Source: Raillietiella orientalis
Taxonomy: Eukaryota
Assembly (NCBI GenBank): GCA_036172245.1
Contig: JAYWIR010000029.1
Coordinates: 1,364,001-1,428,000, forward strand
DNA: 64,000 nt
Reading direction: 5' to 3'
Positions 1 through 13,750 of the stretch are shown here, in pieces (within the stretch, counting starts at the first letter, position 1; the number at the start of each line of letters is the position of its first letter). The notes beneath the pieces were generated by a model. The model was not told where the DNA came from. It made no database searches and worked only from the letters and a program-made list of their open reading frames with translations. Position numbers and translations under genes: made by a program.

Positions 1-699
1 AGACACAATTCCATGTGGCTGCTCCAGAGATTCGAGAAGTCGGAAGATAGTGGGCAGGATTCTTTGGTTGATTTTGAATTTTGTGTCCTTCAATTCGTAA
101 GATTCAAAAATAATAAGTCCAACATTATTGCAAATTTTTATATGTGGTCTCCAGGATCTTAATGTGTTCTTCATTTATGGATTCGTTTGGATGCTGAAAT
201 CAACCACGCAGTTACTATACTGAACAAAGACGATGTAATTATCTCGAGAGCTACCATGAGTGCGAGATCCGGAAAGAATTATATAGAAGCAAGGATAACA
301 GCAATGCAGCAATGGGATTGCATCGTCTTGTCCGATAGGACTGGACACTCTGGCTACGGTTGAAAGCGCAGGCAATCCATCGCGATTTATTTATTAAATT
401 AAATATTAACAATTAATTATATATGCACATTAAGTATGGGATACATTATGCATATAATGCTACAGTGATCCTCCCCGAACGAGAACATCTCCAGCCAGCA
501 CCAGGTCCAGAGCGTCCTTTATTTTGGGAATATTCTGAAAGAACTTTCCCTCTTCTGCGTTTCAACTCCACGCCCATTTTCACGCAGCGTTCACGTATTC
601 GTCGTTTAAAGAGACTGCGCAGATTTTTTCCTCTCGCTTTCCATCCTGCAAGTTCGTCTAAGTCCATCGTAATCTCTGGTCGATTTAGCGTTCAAGACT

Positions 700-1620
700 C
701 CTCTTGCTCTGCGTCCTTCTAGGGTCAATTTAGCATTGTTTTCTTTTTTTTTTTCTTTTTGCTTCGCCAAGTGCTGAAAAACCGCTCCCCTACTTAGGAA
801 GGGGAGGTTCATGAAAGTCTTTAGCACGCCACCCGAGGGTGCGTGCAGTAACTCCTCCGGTCAGGAGTAACCCCGGAGGGACAACCCCGTAGATCCAGGA
901 ACGCCCGGAGGAAGGAGTTCATTCCTCTTACTATCCTATTCCTCTTACTTTTTATGAATCCAGGAAGGTAAGGAAACCCTCGAGGGACGCTTCCAAATTT
1001 TCTCTGAAGGACGTTCCTCAGAGGGAGTAGCGAGCTTCTTCACAATCTGGAGAGGCAACCCTACGAGGGGAATATCAAACGATCCATGGTGTGGTTCCCT
1101 CTTCACAACGACAGAGACAGTGAGATCCCCTCATTCATTGCCACACGGATGCCAACGCGAGTGTGTGGCGTGCTCCAAGCTTATATCGCACGTAAAAAGC
1201 TAGGCGCAATCTTGTTTGCCGATCCCATCCGAACAACAAGATTATCTTTGTGGCAATCGAGCGATTCTCGGATTCCTTTCTTTGATCCCCATGCAGCTTC
1301 GCAGCTCAACAAACCTTCATCCTACACATCAGAAGTCTTCCCATCGCGAAGGGTCATAAGGTCCACTTCATAAGGTCCACTCTTTTGATCATCAGTGGTG
1401 GTAACGCTGAAATGCAGGTGAAGTGTAAGGATTCCAAGATCGCATTACTAAAGCCATTCCATTTTTACTATGATCCAAACCAGACAAAGGATGAATCAAC
1501 TGATCGAAACTAATCCGAGCACGTGACCATGAAGCGTCCGCCGTGCCCTCAGATCGACTCGACCGAATCACGAAGATGGAATCCTGCATGGCTGCTGCCA
1601 TCATGCTCGCAAAACGCGGA
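700..1620 (-). mobile_element. Decayed LINE ORF1-like remnant, related to about 43540..43860
   Basis: Shared DNA blocks: gagggacgcttccaaattttctctgaag...ctggagaggca (about 982..1058) versus gagggacgcttcccagtttctctgaag...ctggagaggca (about 43681..43756). A weak zinc-knuckle-like remnant is present on the minus strand. Confidence 0.35.
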
Positions 1621-1999
1621 CGGGCTCATCGGTTGAAAATGAAACGAAGCAGCGATCAAGAAATGCAGGATTGTCTTTAGGGTCTCAAGAACTGAAGATT
1701 TGACCACTCTGCTCCTTGGATGCTGGTGTTATGATTACCACTTTTATTATCCTCTGCTTTTGTTCCTTGTGAGTTGCTTCTGCCCTCCTTTCAGATGATT
1801 GCCTCTTCAAGCTCCGGTTCCTGGAAAACTTGAAAACTGTTCCCATATGTTTGTGGAAGACATTCAAATGATTTCTATCACAAAAGTGCAGCGAATTTGA
1901 AGCGGCTGATGGATCGAAAGCCTCAGAAAAGCAAGGATAGGACTCTCGGAAGAAACGCGTCCTACCCGTCAGATAGGAGAGATTTCCCTTTCCCGTAGA

Positions 2000-4560
2000 T
2001 GGATTGAACTTAGCTGCTTTTCTCTTATCCTGAATTCTTGAAATTATAGTTGTGATAATAATTAGTTGATGGATGTCAGCAGCTCCGTGTTCATAGCAAT
2101 CTCATGAAACGGAAGAGGAGCAAAGTGAACTCGGAACACGAACGTTCAAGAGTTCCATCTGTAAGATAATCTTTCTTCGTTAAACGTGGTTGTACCTCTT
2201 CAGAACAGGAAAGCCACGCTGCTGCCTGAGTTCGTCTTGGAAAAGAACCAAATGCAAGCGAATGCAACAACTGCACTAAGTGATTCTGAAGGGAGTGCAG
2301 GGAAAAAGGCATCGGGCCTGAAATCATCTCCCATGTCCTACATGAGTTTGGTGAGACTGTGAGGACAAATGTCTTTTGTCATACAGTTGGTCAACGCAAA
2401 ATTTGCTCCAGAGATTTCCTTGCATCCTGAGCGTGTCAATGGGTGAAAGTCATTGAGACGTGGCACTATTCTGCGTAGGGGAAACTGGAACTGGCCTCCA
2501 GTTTGATTGCAATTCTTTGAATTCAGAGCGCAGGCATTTGGAATTTGAACAGGGACGGCACAAGGCAGTCTAAGAACTCTGTAGTCACAAACCAGAACCA
2601 CAAAACAAGCTCAGAAAACCCTCTCGTGCATGTGGCAGAGAAGACCATCGTCAGAAAGGAAGCTCATGTGCCAGGGAGATTTTCCTCGACGTTCAAAAAT
2701 GCAGAATGTTGGACTGTTGCATCACCATCGTTTCGATATCTTGGACATCTCTGTCATAGAGGTAATCCGTGGCTTCGAATCGGGATCCGTCCTGATTCGA
2801 CCTTGTTGATTCTCCATTCGGCAGAGACAATGACCTCCCCCAAAAGGTTTGCACTGGGGGAAAGCAGTGGTATTCTCTAGAAGCTTTTGGATCTTTCCAG
2901 AGCATCCGTCCAAGTTTGCACTTTTCATGGACCTTGCTTTCCATTAGTCCTCTGCTCGAAGTTATCCAAGATTCCAAAAATCGCAAGTACTCATTTCGCA
3001 AATCATGGATAGAGTTTTCCAACCATTCTCTAGGTTTCTCAAGTTCTTAAAGTTTTCAGAGTTTCCTCTCCTTGTTTAAATGGCAAACTTGACGTTAAAG
3101 AAGCAACAGTCGAGAAAGGATGCAAGTCAGTGTAAAGACCCTTGTCTTTTATCTAGTCCTCTTTTCAAGGTACTTCTATTAATAATACTCTGTCCTTATT
3201 TCGAAAAACCGGACAGGTTTCCATTGCTTCGCCCCGCACCGTTCCATCAACAGAGGAGGATCGTCATGAAAACCATCGTCATGAAGTGCTGAGAAACAAG
3301 ACTGTTCACGAGGACCGCCTTGCTTTCTGAATGGGCGGGAGGATCGTGGGAGAGATCTGCTACTTTAAAACATATGAAGTCTGGAAAGGAGCATCGAGAA
3401 CATTAGAAGATCCAGAAGGGAAGCAGTCCTTAAACACAGTCTAGCCCAGCCTAATAATCTTGAGGAACACGTGACCACACGAACTGTGTTTTCGGATGAA
3501 TCATGAAGAAATAAAACACAGTGATGAAAGCATGCACAGGGATGACGATTTGTGTGAATGCATCCTTTTGTCGTAACTACCAAATGATGTCTTTTACTCC
3601 CTGGATAAGGGGCGAGTTTGCTCTTCCTTCGTTTTACTGAGTGTCATTGTGCAGGATATCCAGAAATCAGGGAGCATCTGCGAAGATGAAATTACTCTCC
3701 AGAAAGAAAACTTTTAAAAGAAATCCAAGTTTGTTCGGCTGGGCTGATTGGTCCATGCGGGACGGGATCCGCAGAAACTCTAAAATTCCGTGTTTTTTGC
3801 CTTTCAGAATTCGAACCGAAGGCCAAACACTGTCGTGACCACGGTTTTAAGGATGGTTGCATATTGATAACAAACATCTGAATTCGTTAGGAATTCGGTT
3901 CATATGTGCATGCACCAAACTTCATTCGTGAATAGATCAGATTAGAGACAAGGACTTGTTTTCAGGCTGTTGAAAGGTGGGTGGTAAGCTTGCCACGATT
4001 TCTATAAACGGCATGACTAAGCCTGCAATGTCTTCCAAAAGAAGAAAGAAGGCTTCCAGAAGTCAAAATGCATTCATATCCGTCGTTTTCCTGCTTCTCG
4101 ATAGAGAGGAACGATCTCGATGATCTTCTCGATTTATTTAGGAACGTCTGATGAATGCGAATCTGCGTCTTCGGTGAGCCCTTCGAATCGAAGAATTTGA
4201 AGAGGACATTCGAGTGTCCCCAGTCCACTACGCCATGGACAGTTGATGTAGACCTTGTACTTCGCTGCTCTTCTTGCTAATCGGCCACCTGGTCTCATCA
4301 ACAGAGTTTCTCTCGAGGAAAGACGGATCATCAAAGCTCTGGAACACTTTTGCGCACATCGTGGGGTAAAGTCTTTGGGATCTCTTGCTCGAAGGACAGG
4401 CATCAAACAACTGGTGAGCTTTCTGAGCCGAAGGACCTCATCTCCAGGAGTCGCTCAATGTGTGAATCCGTGATCAGTACTACCAGCCCCTTTCGAAGAA
4501 GAATCTGGAAAATGTCACGAGCTCGAGAGGATTACAAGAGAAAAAAATATATGTATTTTT
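2000..4560 (-). mobile_element. Decayed L1/Tx1-type ORF2 fragments (endonuclease, linker, RT); AT-richer class
   Basis: Frameshifted remnants resembling RT motifs: KDPKASREYH..QTFW (K.PG.DG...EFY..FW), DVQDIETMVMQQSNILHF (NWRPI.LLN region), GQFQFPLRRIVPR (F...R.VRQG). Confidence 0.5.
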
Positions 4561-4632
4561 TCATTCATGGTGATTAGAGATTTCCCTGATCCTGTGAACG
4601 GACAGGACTCCACGCGGAGGGACATGTAATCG

Positions 4633-6118
4633 GATCAAGGACAAGGCAGGACACCAGGACCTGAGGGATGCTGCGCGTTGACTTGAAACAGGCCAACTCC
4701 ACGGGATCGCTCGCTTTCGTCAGGTAACTTTTCCTCCCCCGCGGTGAGTCCGACTCGTGGAAATTCGGGTGACGTCACTTGGCGAGCAAGAAGAAGGAAA
4801 GCAGCTCCGTGGTGCGCCGTGCAAGACCGCTCAGCCAGACTGAAAAGAGGAGGGACTCGCGACCCAGGAAAGAAGAAACAGGGATTTTTTCCCTTCCGGC
4901 ATCCTCTGCGGGAACTTCGGACCGAAGATAGAGAGATGGCTCTCCGAGGCTGCGCTCGTGGGAGTTCCCTCCTCATCAGACGCACAGGATCCCTCTCATC
5001 GGGGTCTTGGCTACACCACCGAGATCTGCGCTGACGGCCGTTGCATGCGAGTTCGCGCCCGAGCCCCTCTGCCCGCACCGTCGCGGCCGTCCTGCTGGCC
5101 CGAAATTGAGCAACCTGCCGCCTTCCGGCGACGGGACACCGGAAGGCAGGAACGGCCCCATCCCGGTCGACGCGGGAGTGCCCCCACCCACCCATTTTCA
5201 GCGTCGACTGCTTCGGCAGATGGGTCGCTGCCGACATTCCTCACCGGATTCCGACTTCCGTCGCCGCTGCCCCGCCGCCGCCCGGCCCATAGCAACCGAC
5301 ACCTGTCGTAGAATCCAATCCGATGAGCGTCAACGCTCGGTTCATTCCACAGTGCCCGTTCCGCTTCCCGGAATGGGCCCGCCCGCTGGGCGGTCGTGCA
5401 CCCGATGACCCGAGCTTCAGCGTCCAAGCAAGGCGTCCATTTCAAGTTCGAGAATAGGTCGAGGTCCCCATTTCGGTCCCGATCGTTCGCTTTACGTTCT
5501 TCTTGCGCTTCGACGACAGCCAGCCGTCCGGACGGAAAGGGGATCAGCTACGAGATGGTGCGATTCGTCTTCCACCCCCAAGTCGAGCCCTTCGGACCCA
5601 TGTGCGCGTCCCGGTCGCCTCGGGCCTCCGCCGGAGTTTCCTCTGTCCTGTTCGGGAGCGGGCCGTCATCTTTTGCGTCCCAGCATCCGGGTGCTGCCTC
5701 CGAAGATGCCGTCCTCTCCAAACCGTTGCGTGGAAAGCATGGCGCCTCCGGAGTAGAGCTTCCCGTCCCCAGGCCCCGTTTCGCCATCCTCATCCCGGAG
5801 GATGGCGGGAAGAAAGAGTCACGACGAAACCGTGCTTGCTGCTCCGAGAAGAAAAGCGACGTCTCTTCGATGGCTCTTCGGGATTGCTTTTCGAGGCTTC
5901 GGGGGTCCTTTGTCTGGAAGGCGGAGTCACGCTTGAGGATGCAGTCCGGGGTCGGGACAGGCGGACCGTGTTCCTGCGGGTTCTTTGGCTAAACTTCGAG
6001 ATCCCTATTGACGGTCTGGATGCTTCTTCGTCGCTACTGGTCGTCTGCTGTCTTGCCGGTGTGTTGAGGGGAGAGGACTCTAAGAGAGGATGGACACCAC
6101 GCCTCAGCAGGCAGGGTC
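4633..6118 (+). repeat. Copy 1 of a 1,486-bp inverted duplication (partner 19287..20772)
   Basis: The ORF track gives identical translations at mirrored coordinates that all sum to 25405. Boundaries checked by eye: it starts GATCAAGGACAAGG and ends GCAGGGTC, and the next flanking bases mismatch. Confidence 0.97.
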
Positions 6119-6900
6119 CCTAAAGAACACATCCTTGGAAAAACAGTGGATGACGTTCCCCGTATGCTTCTGGGATGTGCCAGGCTTCAGAAAAGATGGA
6201 CGCGCTACGAGGGAGACTTCAGTTCTTCAGTGATGGCCATCGGTACCTGCTTAAATGTATTCTCACCTCTCCTGACTCCGCTGGCCATCCTCTGCCACGT
6301 GTGAGACACGATGATCGCCAATCTGGGAAAGGAAGGCCGTCATTCTTCCAGTGGACCGTTCTCATTTTCCAGTGCCCTCACGAATGAGGATGAATTGGGA
6401 TCCTAGGGGTAGCGGCGTGTAAATGCTGGTTGCAAATAGGAGCGACTGCGGTCTTCGGCGGCAGGACGGACTCCTGTCGTAGGAGACGCTTTGACAGTGA
6501 TCTCGTCCGCGGAAGGAGCAGCATCGCGTTTTCACATATCCGGTGGCCGAAATTCCGACTTTCGCGATGAGCATCTCTCCTTTGGTGGCCGGACGCGATA
6601 CTTTTGATACTCGTTAGCAACTTGTCTCAGCTTCTGAAGCAAGCAGCCAGGATCTTTCCACGGATGAAAGTAAAGGAAATTTATGATCCGAGTTTATGGT
6701 GATGGAATTATTGTTTCCTTCAGTCCGGAATCGAGGAACGCTTCTCCAGGTGGTCTCGCGTGCACAGGCGAGAGCTCATGGAGGCTGCCCGACGAGGAGC
6801 GGCGGCTCGGCTTGGTGCAAAAGTCCTCTGTGGACGTACGTGCGTGCCACGTCTGGAAAAGTCGAGGAGGCGTCGACTTCCGAGAGCCGGCGGCCCACGC
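4633..6900 (+). mobile_element. Decayed L1/Tx1-type ORF2 (endonuclease to start of RT)
   Basis: Collinear remnants: SRI.RFYV-like (about 5476), SDH-like (about 5592), G.G.W.LN-like (about 5655), KAESRLRMQSGVGTGGPCSCGFF (A.G..IRSR...GE.PT.FF), then SLKNTSLEKQWMTFPVCFWD just past the duplication end. Confidence 0.55.
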
Positions 6901-7499
6901 AGACTTCTACATCCTGAAGCGCCCTCGGATCTCGGGCGATGCCATGTCGGAGACACATGTGGGCGTCGAAAGACTTGGCGTCAGGAACTCCAGAAGATGC
7001 GGCAGAGGAGGTGGCAGTTTGGCATTCTCTGAGAGCTAGAGGAGGTGGGGAGTAGCAGATTCCTCCCACCCTCCTCCTCCAGCAATTAGGCAGGCAAAAC
7101 CGCTTCTCATCTTCATCCCTTCCTCCTCCTGTTCCTTCTTCTTCTCCCTTCCTACTCTTTCCTCCTTTCTCCTCCTCCTCCTCCTTTTCCCCTGTGAACT
7201 TATGATTCCCTCTTGGAAGCAGAATACAGAAGGCTGAGTCGGCCATGCGCCACACAGGGCGATGCCGGCTTTCCCGCTGCCTCAGGCAGAAAGAACTACC
7301 GGAAGGCAACGGCTCAGTGAGGAAGAGCCGTTAGACGCTGAGGTGATCTGGAGGCGCGTGCACACTCTTCCAGACGCTCAGCAGACCCTCTTCTCACCCG
7401 GTCATGCCCGGGGAGTTTAATTCTTCAACAGATATAAACGTGCAAATAGCCGGGAAACGAGTTCCTAAGAGAAGCAAACGGTTCGCGGGGTAAGTTCAC

Positions 7500-7780
7500 C
7501 GACGCACTGATCGATCAAAGAGGAAGCCCGGAGCGGAGAAAAGGGGATAATAAATAAATAAATAATGGAAGGAGGACAAAGGTAGGTGCAGGACACAGAC
7601 ACTTTTCCTTAGTAGTACCGGCGCAGAATGCAGGCGATCTCCACGGAGACTCCGTTCCCCAAGTGGGGTGCACCTCGCTGCAGTCCTCATTAAGGCGGCC
7701 GTTAAAATGGCGCGCCCACTCAGTCCCTGGTCATCCGCAGCCGCAGGCATCGATGGCGAGCAGAAGGCGGTCTTCCTGAA
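7500..7780 (-). mobile_element. LINE ORF2 C-terminus plus T-rich 3' UTR remnant
   Basis: DDQGLSGRAILTAALMRTAARCTPLG resembles DQDDRNAIYFAVLFMRRASRWPPSG of the 39869..40198 ORF and is followed by a TTTA-rich UTR. Confidence 0.45.
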
Positions 7781-7999
7781 CTGCTATGGGCGGACCATTA
7801 TCTCCTTCTCGCTATCAACTTTTCCTTCTATATGGGGAGCAAGGGGAAGATATCGTGGGGTTCTGGTTCCATCTGGAAGCAGACCCGCGAAAACAGAAGC
7901 CTCGCTCTCTGCCCCTCGCCCTTTCCCCAACTTCCGGTCAGGCCAGTGTGCGCGCTCCGGAACTTTCCCGAGGAGACGCTTTCTTTTCCTCCGCCGAAT

Positions 8000-8740
8000 C
8001 CGGTGGTTCAGCTTGCTCATCCTTTGCTCTGCACCATTGGGATGAGGTGGAATTCTCCTGTGTTGCTCCTGTGGCAAGGATCAGCTGGCGTCACGTCTGC
8101 CTTATGCACCAGGGCTGATTGCAACAAGGAGGCTGCGATCCGGCAGCACCATGCATCAAGGAGAAGCAGTCCTAGCCCTCTGGGAGAGGTGCAGCTCGGG
8201 TGAGTTGCTGGTGCCTGGAGAGGTTCTTCCTCAGCCCACAAAAGAAATCCTCTCCTCCCGAGCTGGCCATGTGCGCCAACACATGGCCAACCTCGTAGGT
8301 GCTATTGTGGTGGTAGCAGTGGCTGCCGCTCCATGCGGAGGGACTGACCACAGTAGGGCCGGTTGGTGGTTCCATTGCCAGAGGAGGAAGGGCAAGAGAC
8401 TCTAGAGATAATCAAGGCTGGATCCACTCCGGGAAGGAGAGCACCAGCAATGGTGGTGGGATCTGCGTATTACGATGGGTAGAGGTCGGCTCAGATACCC
8501 GCCTCCTCGCCTCCATTACAACCTTGAGAGTTCCTCCTCTCCAGCATGCATTCTCTCTCCAGATTGGCCAAGGGACCTCAGAATTGGCTCCTTTCTCGCT
8601 GGACTCGGGAAGATCAGTTGCTCGCCGAGGCTGCGTCCGCTTTCCCTTTTCCTCCAGCCTCTCACCTGACTGAAGGAGGATCAAGATGCTGCTGGATGCA
8701 TTCTTCCCTGACCTCCCTGTTCTCCCAGACCGCGCCCTTG
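8000..8740 (+). mobile_element. Decayed LINE ORF1/endonuclease remnant
   Basis: NGGGICVL (GG.+IL) and HLTEGGSRCC (I+GGDFNC)-like remnants. Confidence 0.35.
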
Positions 8741-8849
8741 CAGCAACTGCTCAGGGATCGCGGGAGCAAGGGAAGAGAGCGCAATGTTATTTTCTTTTTT
8801 TCATTTTTCTATGGATCTACAGCCCAGCCGGCAGCGGTTGGGCTGTCAT

Positions 8850-9850
8850 CCCATCATGCTAGGGCATGTGGAGAATTGGATTCCAATCACCTGGGAAAAT
8901 CTTGAAGACGGGGAGTCTTTCCAGAGCAAGTTTCGTCTCCATCTTCTTCTGGTCGTCAAACTCGATCATGAAAGGACTGAACCATTCTCGTTTGCCGACC
9001 GATCCATCCTTGGCTCTTTTTCCGGCAGACATGCCCTGCGGGCTTCTGTCCGTTGGCAGCTCTCCTGCAGATGGAGCTCCCGCTCAACAGCGGTATTCCA
9101 GACTTCCAGAAGAGGGAAAAACCTCCTTCAGCTCGGGAAGGAAGGCTCTCCTTTTTAGCTGTTTCTCGAGACAAAGAACAAAGGTCGAATCGATGAGAGC
9201 AGGAACACCCTGGAGGGAATAGGCCTCCCGCGACCCCGAGCAAGAGCTACAAGGACGGAATTTGGAAAGGTGCGTCCGCAACTACCAGCGAGAACTGTCG
9301 TCGGGAGTGGCGGAAGGACGGTGCGGGACCCATCCGCGGATACCGCCTGCTGGATCTTTCCAGTCTCCAGCGAGATAGCCAGCCCTTCTTCTCTCATCCA
9401 TCTCTCAGAAACGGCCTCGTGGAGATTTCTCACCGGGACTCTTCCTACGGAACAGCCACCAGTCTGGACGAGGTCTTACTGAAGCGCTTCCGCACGTCCT
9501 CGGACTCCGGGAACTTGACCGCTTTCCTCGCTAGTCACCGTACCTAACTTATGTGCAGAGGAGAAGAACATGGATCTGCGCTCGAGGATGGTTTTTTCGT
9601 TCATGGGTATCATCGCTACCTAGGGATCCTTTACTATTAACCCTCTGGAGAAACTTTCCACTATGCTATGTGGTCTCCCCCTTCTAATTTTCCCTCTGGC
9701 AGCACTATTTGGCCCTTCGCAGTGGTCTGATGGGCGGATGAACGGGAAGGTGGCATCTGTCGCGGTTAGCTGCTTGTCTCGGCTACCAAGATGGTGAAAC
9801 GAAATCTTGAGGACTCTCCCCATCCAGGGGAACCCATTTCCTCCAGTCTT
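8850..9850 (-). mobile_element. Decayed L1/Tx1-type endonuclease end and RT fragment
   Basis: GSRDKQL...FIRPSDHC (SRLD...SDH) and LAISLETGKIQQAV (SLD..KAFD.V)-like remnants. Confidence 0.5.
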
Positions 9851-10299
9851 TCCAGTTTCCAGTTTCTCTAGATGACATAAGAGCGATATCCTGGGACCTA
9901 TCGCTCCCCGGTCTGTCTCTTGCCCCTCGCCTCCGCCCGCATTCGCGTGCGTGCGTGTCTCTGCCGCCCTCCTTTATGTGTGCTTCCAGTCACCCGTAAG
10001 GTGCGTCTCCTCGGATGACGACGAGAGCATCGTCTTCAAGACTACGCAAAGAGACTACCAGGGGCCAAGGCAAAGTATGATCTGCGAAATCTTTCCACCT
10101 CTTTTTTCCAGACTTCTTGCAGCTTGAGAATTCTTCCTCGCGGTAGGTGGGCTGGCTATCTACGTGAGCGCGCAGTGATCCAAGGAAGTCTATGGATGAT
10201 CCCTATGAATGGAAGGCATCACATGACGTCACTGCGATGAGTCTTCTTTCCTTTCCCTCGTACCGATGATCTCAGGCATCCCTCTAGTTACTCCATCCA

Positions 10300-11600
10300 C
10301 GGCTGCTTTTTCTCCTAGGTGAGCGCTTCGTCATGCGTGCGCTCCAGCCTTTTCTTCCTCCGCTTCCAGTTGGACGCGGCGTTGAGTTCATGTCGCTGCT
10401 GCCGGGGTGACGCAGTCCGGGGCGACCCGTCGAAAGGATATCTCCCTTTCTCCCAGTCGGGGAGCACTAACTGTTTGGATAAAAATCTGCGGGACCAGTG
10501 CCGGCTCCCAGATGGAGCTTGATGGAGCTTCTCGAAGCCTCATCCAGGTCGTCCAACACGTCTCGGGAGGCACCGTCGCTCCACCCTTTATGCTCGTTGG
10601 CCAGCATCCCCTGAAAAGCAATGGTAGGAAGGCCGGCTCGCTCTCGAGAGGATGAAGGGAACAGACAGCTAGACGCGTCCCCGCGGCAAAAAGCTGCACG
10701 GTTCAGGAAACATCCCGGAAAGCAGGCGCGCACCGCCTGCGTTGACGCCAGGATGCCGGTTACCTCAGAGGCTTCGGGTGCAGCACCGAGATGACTCCTA
10801 TGCGCGACAGAGATCGTGCTCCCACTCTGACTAGCCGGAATTGGGAGTAGGCCCTTCGAGGTCCTTCCAGGGATCAAGGACCCTCGGAGTTGCCCACCAG
10901 TTTGCAGCAAGCGATGCTCTCTTTGGGGAGCTCTTCGGAGAAATCGAAGCTGCTCCCATCCGGATTCGCTTCCAAGGGAAAAAAAAAGAGGCTTTTCTCT
11001 TTCAAGTCCCCTTTGGGGACAGTAAGGGGGAAGCGGACCTGTCTCTGTCTCGGGGCTCTTCCCAGGGGCAGGGGAGGGAGGCAGAGCTTTCCGATTCTGC
11101 GCACTAGAGGTGCCTCTGATGCCGTCTATTCCCTGTGACTGTTGCCTCCCGACGCAGCGTTCTCCAGGGAGCACCAGCTGAGCAAGCTGTTCCAGCATGC
11201 CTGAGGCGCCTCGGTCCAGCAGGGCGGATTTCAGCCCACTGGGAGCACGGACGAGTGCTCGCCCATCAACGCCGCCGTTACGCCGTCTGCGGCCACGTGG
11301 GCGGATTTTGGAGACTTCTTCAAGGGGCCTCAGCTTCTCATCAAGTGAAGAAGGGTCTTGTCCTATGAGGACTTCGTGCAGCATCCCTCCTGTTCGAATC
11401 AGGAGTCCACGATCACCTTCTACTTGTCCCGCACGGAAGGGCAGCGTCGCGAACGCCTTTACTCCCGAAGAGGACCCTGCGCTCGTCATCCACATCAACA
11501 CGGAAGCAGTCGGCTAATGTTAGGCGAGTCCTCATCTTTTCCCTGCATCTCCCCGCCGCCGCAGTTGCATGTCTACGCCGTAGCGTGACGGTCGCTTGAC
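10300..11600 (+). mobile_element. Decayed L1/Tx1-type endonuclease and linker
   Basis: PPFMLVG (P+++.GDFN) and FRKHPGK (FR..HP) remnants in the expected order. Confidence 0.45.
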
Positions 11601-12959
11601 CCTCAGCATCTCACACCTTTCCCGCCAGTAGGAGGTCCGCGTCCTCCTGACCCAAAAGATTGTGATGTTTTTTTTTTTTAGGGGGCTTTCTCTTCCCAGG
11701 AAAAGAAGGGGGTAGGGAGGCACCTAGGAGAGAACTCTCTTCTCACCCTCTTCGACCTTTAGTCGAGGTCGGAGGCGGGGAGCAAGCGACCACTGCCTTT
11801 TTCCCCGGCCGCCTCGTGACGACGCGGGGACTCCGATCGAGTTGACTCCTCCTTCTCCTCCCGTTCTCTTGCAGTGCCGGCTAAGAGTCCACATCGCCAC
11901 CGAGATCGATTCCTTCGGGGTATTTTGGGCGAGCTACCGGGATCTGGACGAACGCTACCTCGAAAAGGTAAGGTCAGGACGCAGATCGAAAGAACAGATG
12001 CTTAGGGACTTTTCCCCATCTGCGTCACTCTCACCCTCGGAGAAATGTGACGGGAAAAGGGTCCCCATGTCACTGCATCGTCGAACTGCCTTGATGATCC
12101 TGAGGGGAAAGGGGGGGTGACAGTTCTCGAGTACTTAGAGAGCCACAAAAAAAAGGCTGGAAGACTCCTCAGGATTCCATCATCTACGTTCTTGGGGACC
12201 GTTCAGGAGGTCCAGAGAGAGCGGTCCTGCCTGGGGCCCGGCAGGGAAGGATATAGGCGAGCTGAATGGGAGGAAGCGAGTTCGAGTGGTTTCCTCGCGC
12301 ACCGGTCATTCAGAGATCTCCCGGAAAGAGATTCTGGAAGACTCTGGTCCGAGGTTCCCCTCCTTCCCCGGGTACCGAACAAGAACGCGGTACCTCCAGA
12401 ATCTGCAGATCCGCGCTTCAAGCAATCGAGCATAAGTGGCTTATCCCTACCAACGGAACCAACGTCTCGTTTCTTTTGAATCAATTCCTCGGCTGCGGAA
12501 GGCGGGGAGGGGGGGAGAAAAGAAAAGAAATAAATAAAAAATGCAGTCATTTCGTCCTCCCCCCTTTTTTCCTAGACTGTTGGGCTGTTTTTTTTTTTTT
12601 TCTTTGATTTCCGGAAAAATGTGCAGCCTCACTGCCGATCAGCATTTGGCAAGCCGCACTTTCGCTTCGTTTTGTAATCGCAGCCGATGAATAGCGGGCT
12701 GGGTTTGCGACATTTCCATTTTGGGAAAAGGCATGATCTCGCTGATGATGACTGATGGTTCGTACGATTTTATTTATTATGGCAAAACTTTCATTTTGCA
12801 GTTTATCTTTGTCCCTCCCTCCCCCCTCCACACACACCTTTCCTCCTCCTCAGCACTCTTCAGATTCCACCCCTACCGCGGCAGCAGCCATCGTGCTTTT
12901 TCGACTTCTTTCACGGCTCACCCGCCGTATGCTAATACCGTTATTACAAAGGGAGCTAA

Positions 12960-13750
12960 TAATTATTCATCATTTGTCACTGGATGATGGATGCCAGGTG
13001 AACCTGCAGCAGCTAGCTCGCAGACAGGGTCGTGCAACAGACCCCATGGCGTTTTCGCCTTCGTTCGGACACCCACTGGGATGCATCTTCCGATGTGCTC
13101 CGGAGAGGAAGGAGCTCAGGTGTCCGTCTCAAAGGTCGGAGATTGAGCGGGCAGGGTCTATGCCGGGATGCAAGAACAGCCAACGCAAAAGCGATCTCCG
13201 CCTTGTGGAGCAGCAGCGGCACGAACAACGGGGAAATGCGTAGGCTCCCTCTTTGGTGCGGCAGCTGCACCCTCGGATGTCGATAGGAAGGCGTCTATTG
13301 GTTCGATCTTTGTCACGTGGGGAGACACGCCTTTCTGTAATGCGTCGGGCAAAGACGATCCCCCCTTACCCCACACACACCTTCGGGAAACCAGTTTACT
13401 TTATCTGTTCAGTAGATTGTCACCCGTGCAGCAGCCAGAATTCGCGTCTGCCGCTGGTCGAACCCCTCCTCCACGGACCCACAAAACCGAGAACCTGCAG
13501 ACTCCGCGGATCCCAAACTCTACCGTCCCCTACAATGGCTGGGTTGCTTTTCCCGTTCCCAGACAAGAGAGTGAGGGGTTCCTCGGACCAAAATGCAATT
13601 ACCTACTCTTCTAGTGGCCAATACATGTTGATAAGCTTTTGTGGAGAGTCCTGGATAGCTGAAGAGGCGCTGACAAATGCGCGATGCCATTTTTATGGCT
13701 CTCGAAAGAATGAAGCGGAAGCATTTTCAAAGTCGACCCAGACCTCGATC
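12960..13750 (+). mobile_element. Decayed L1/Tx1-type RT core and post-RT fragment
   Basis: RRQGRATDPMAFSPSFGHPLGCIFR resembles RQG.PLSP.LF....PL. The downstream WGDTPFCNASGK resembles W....LS+.GK. Confidence 0.5.
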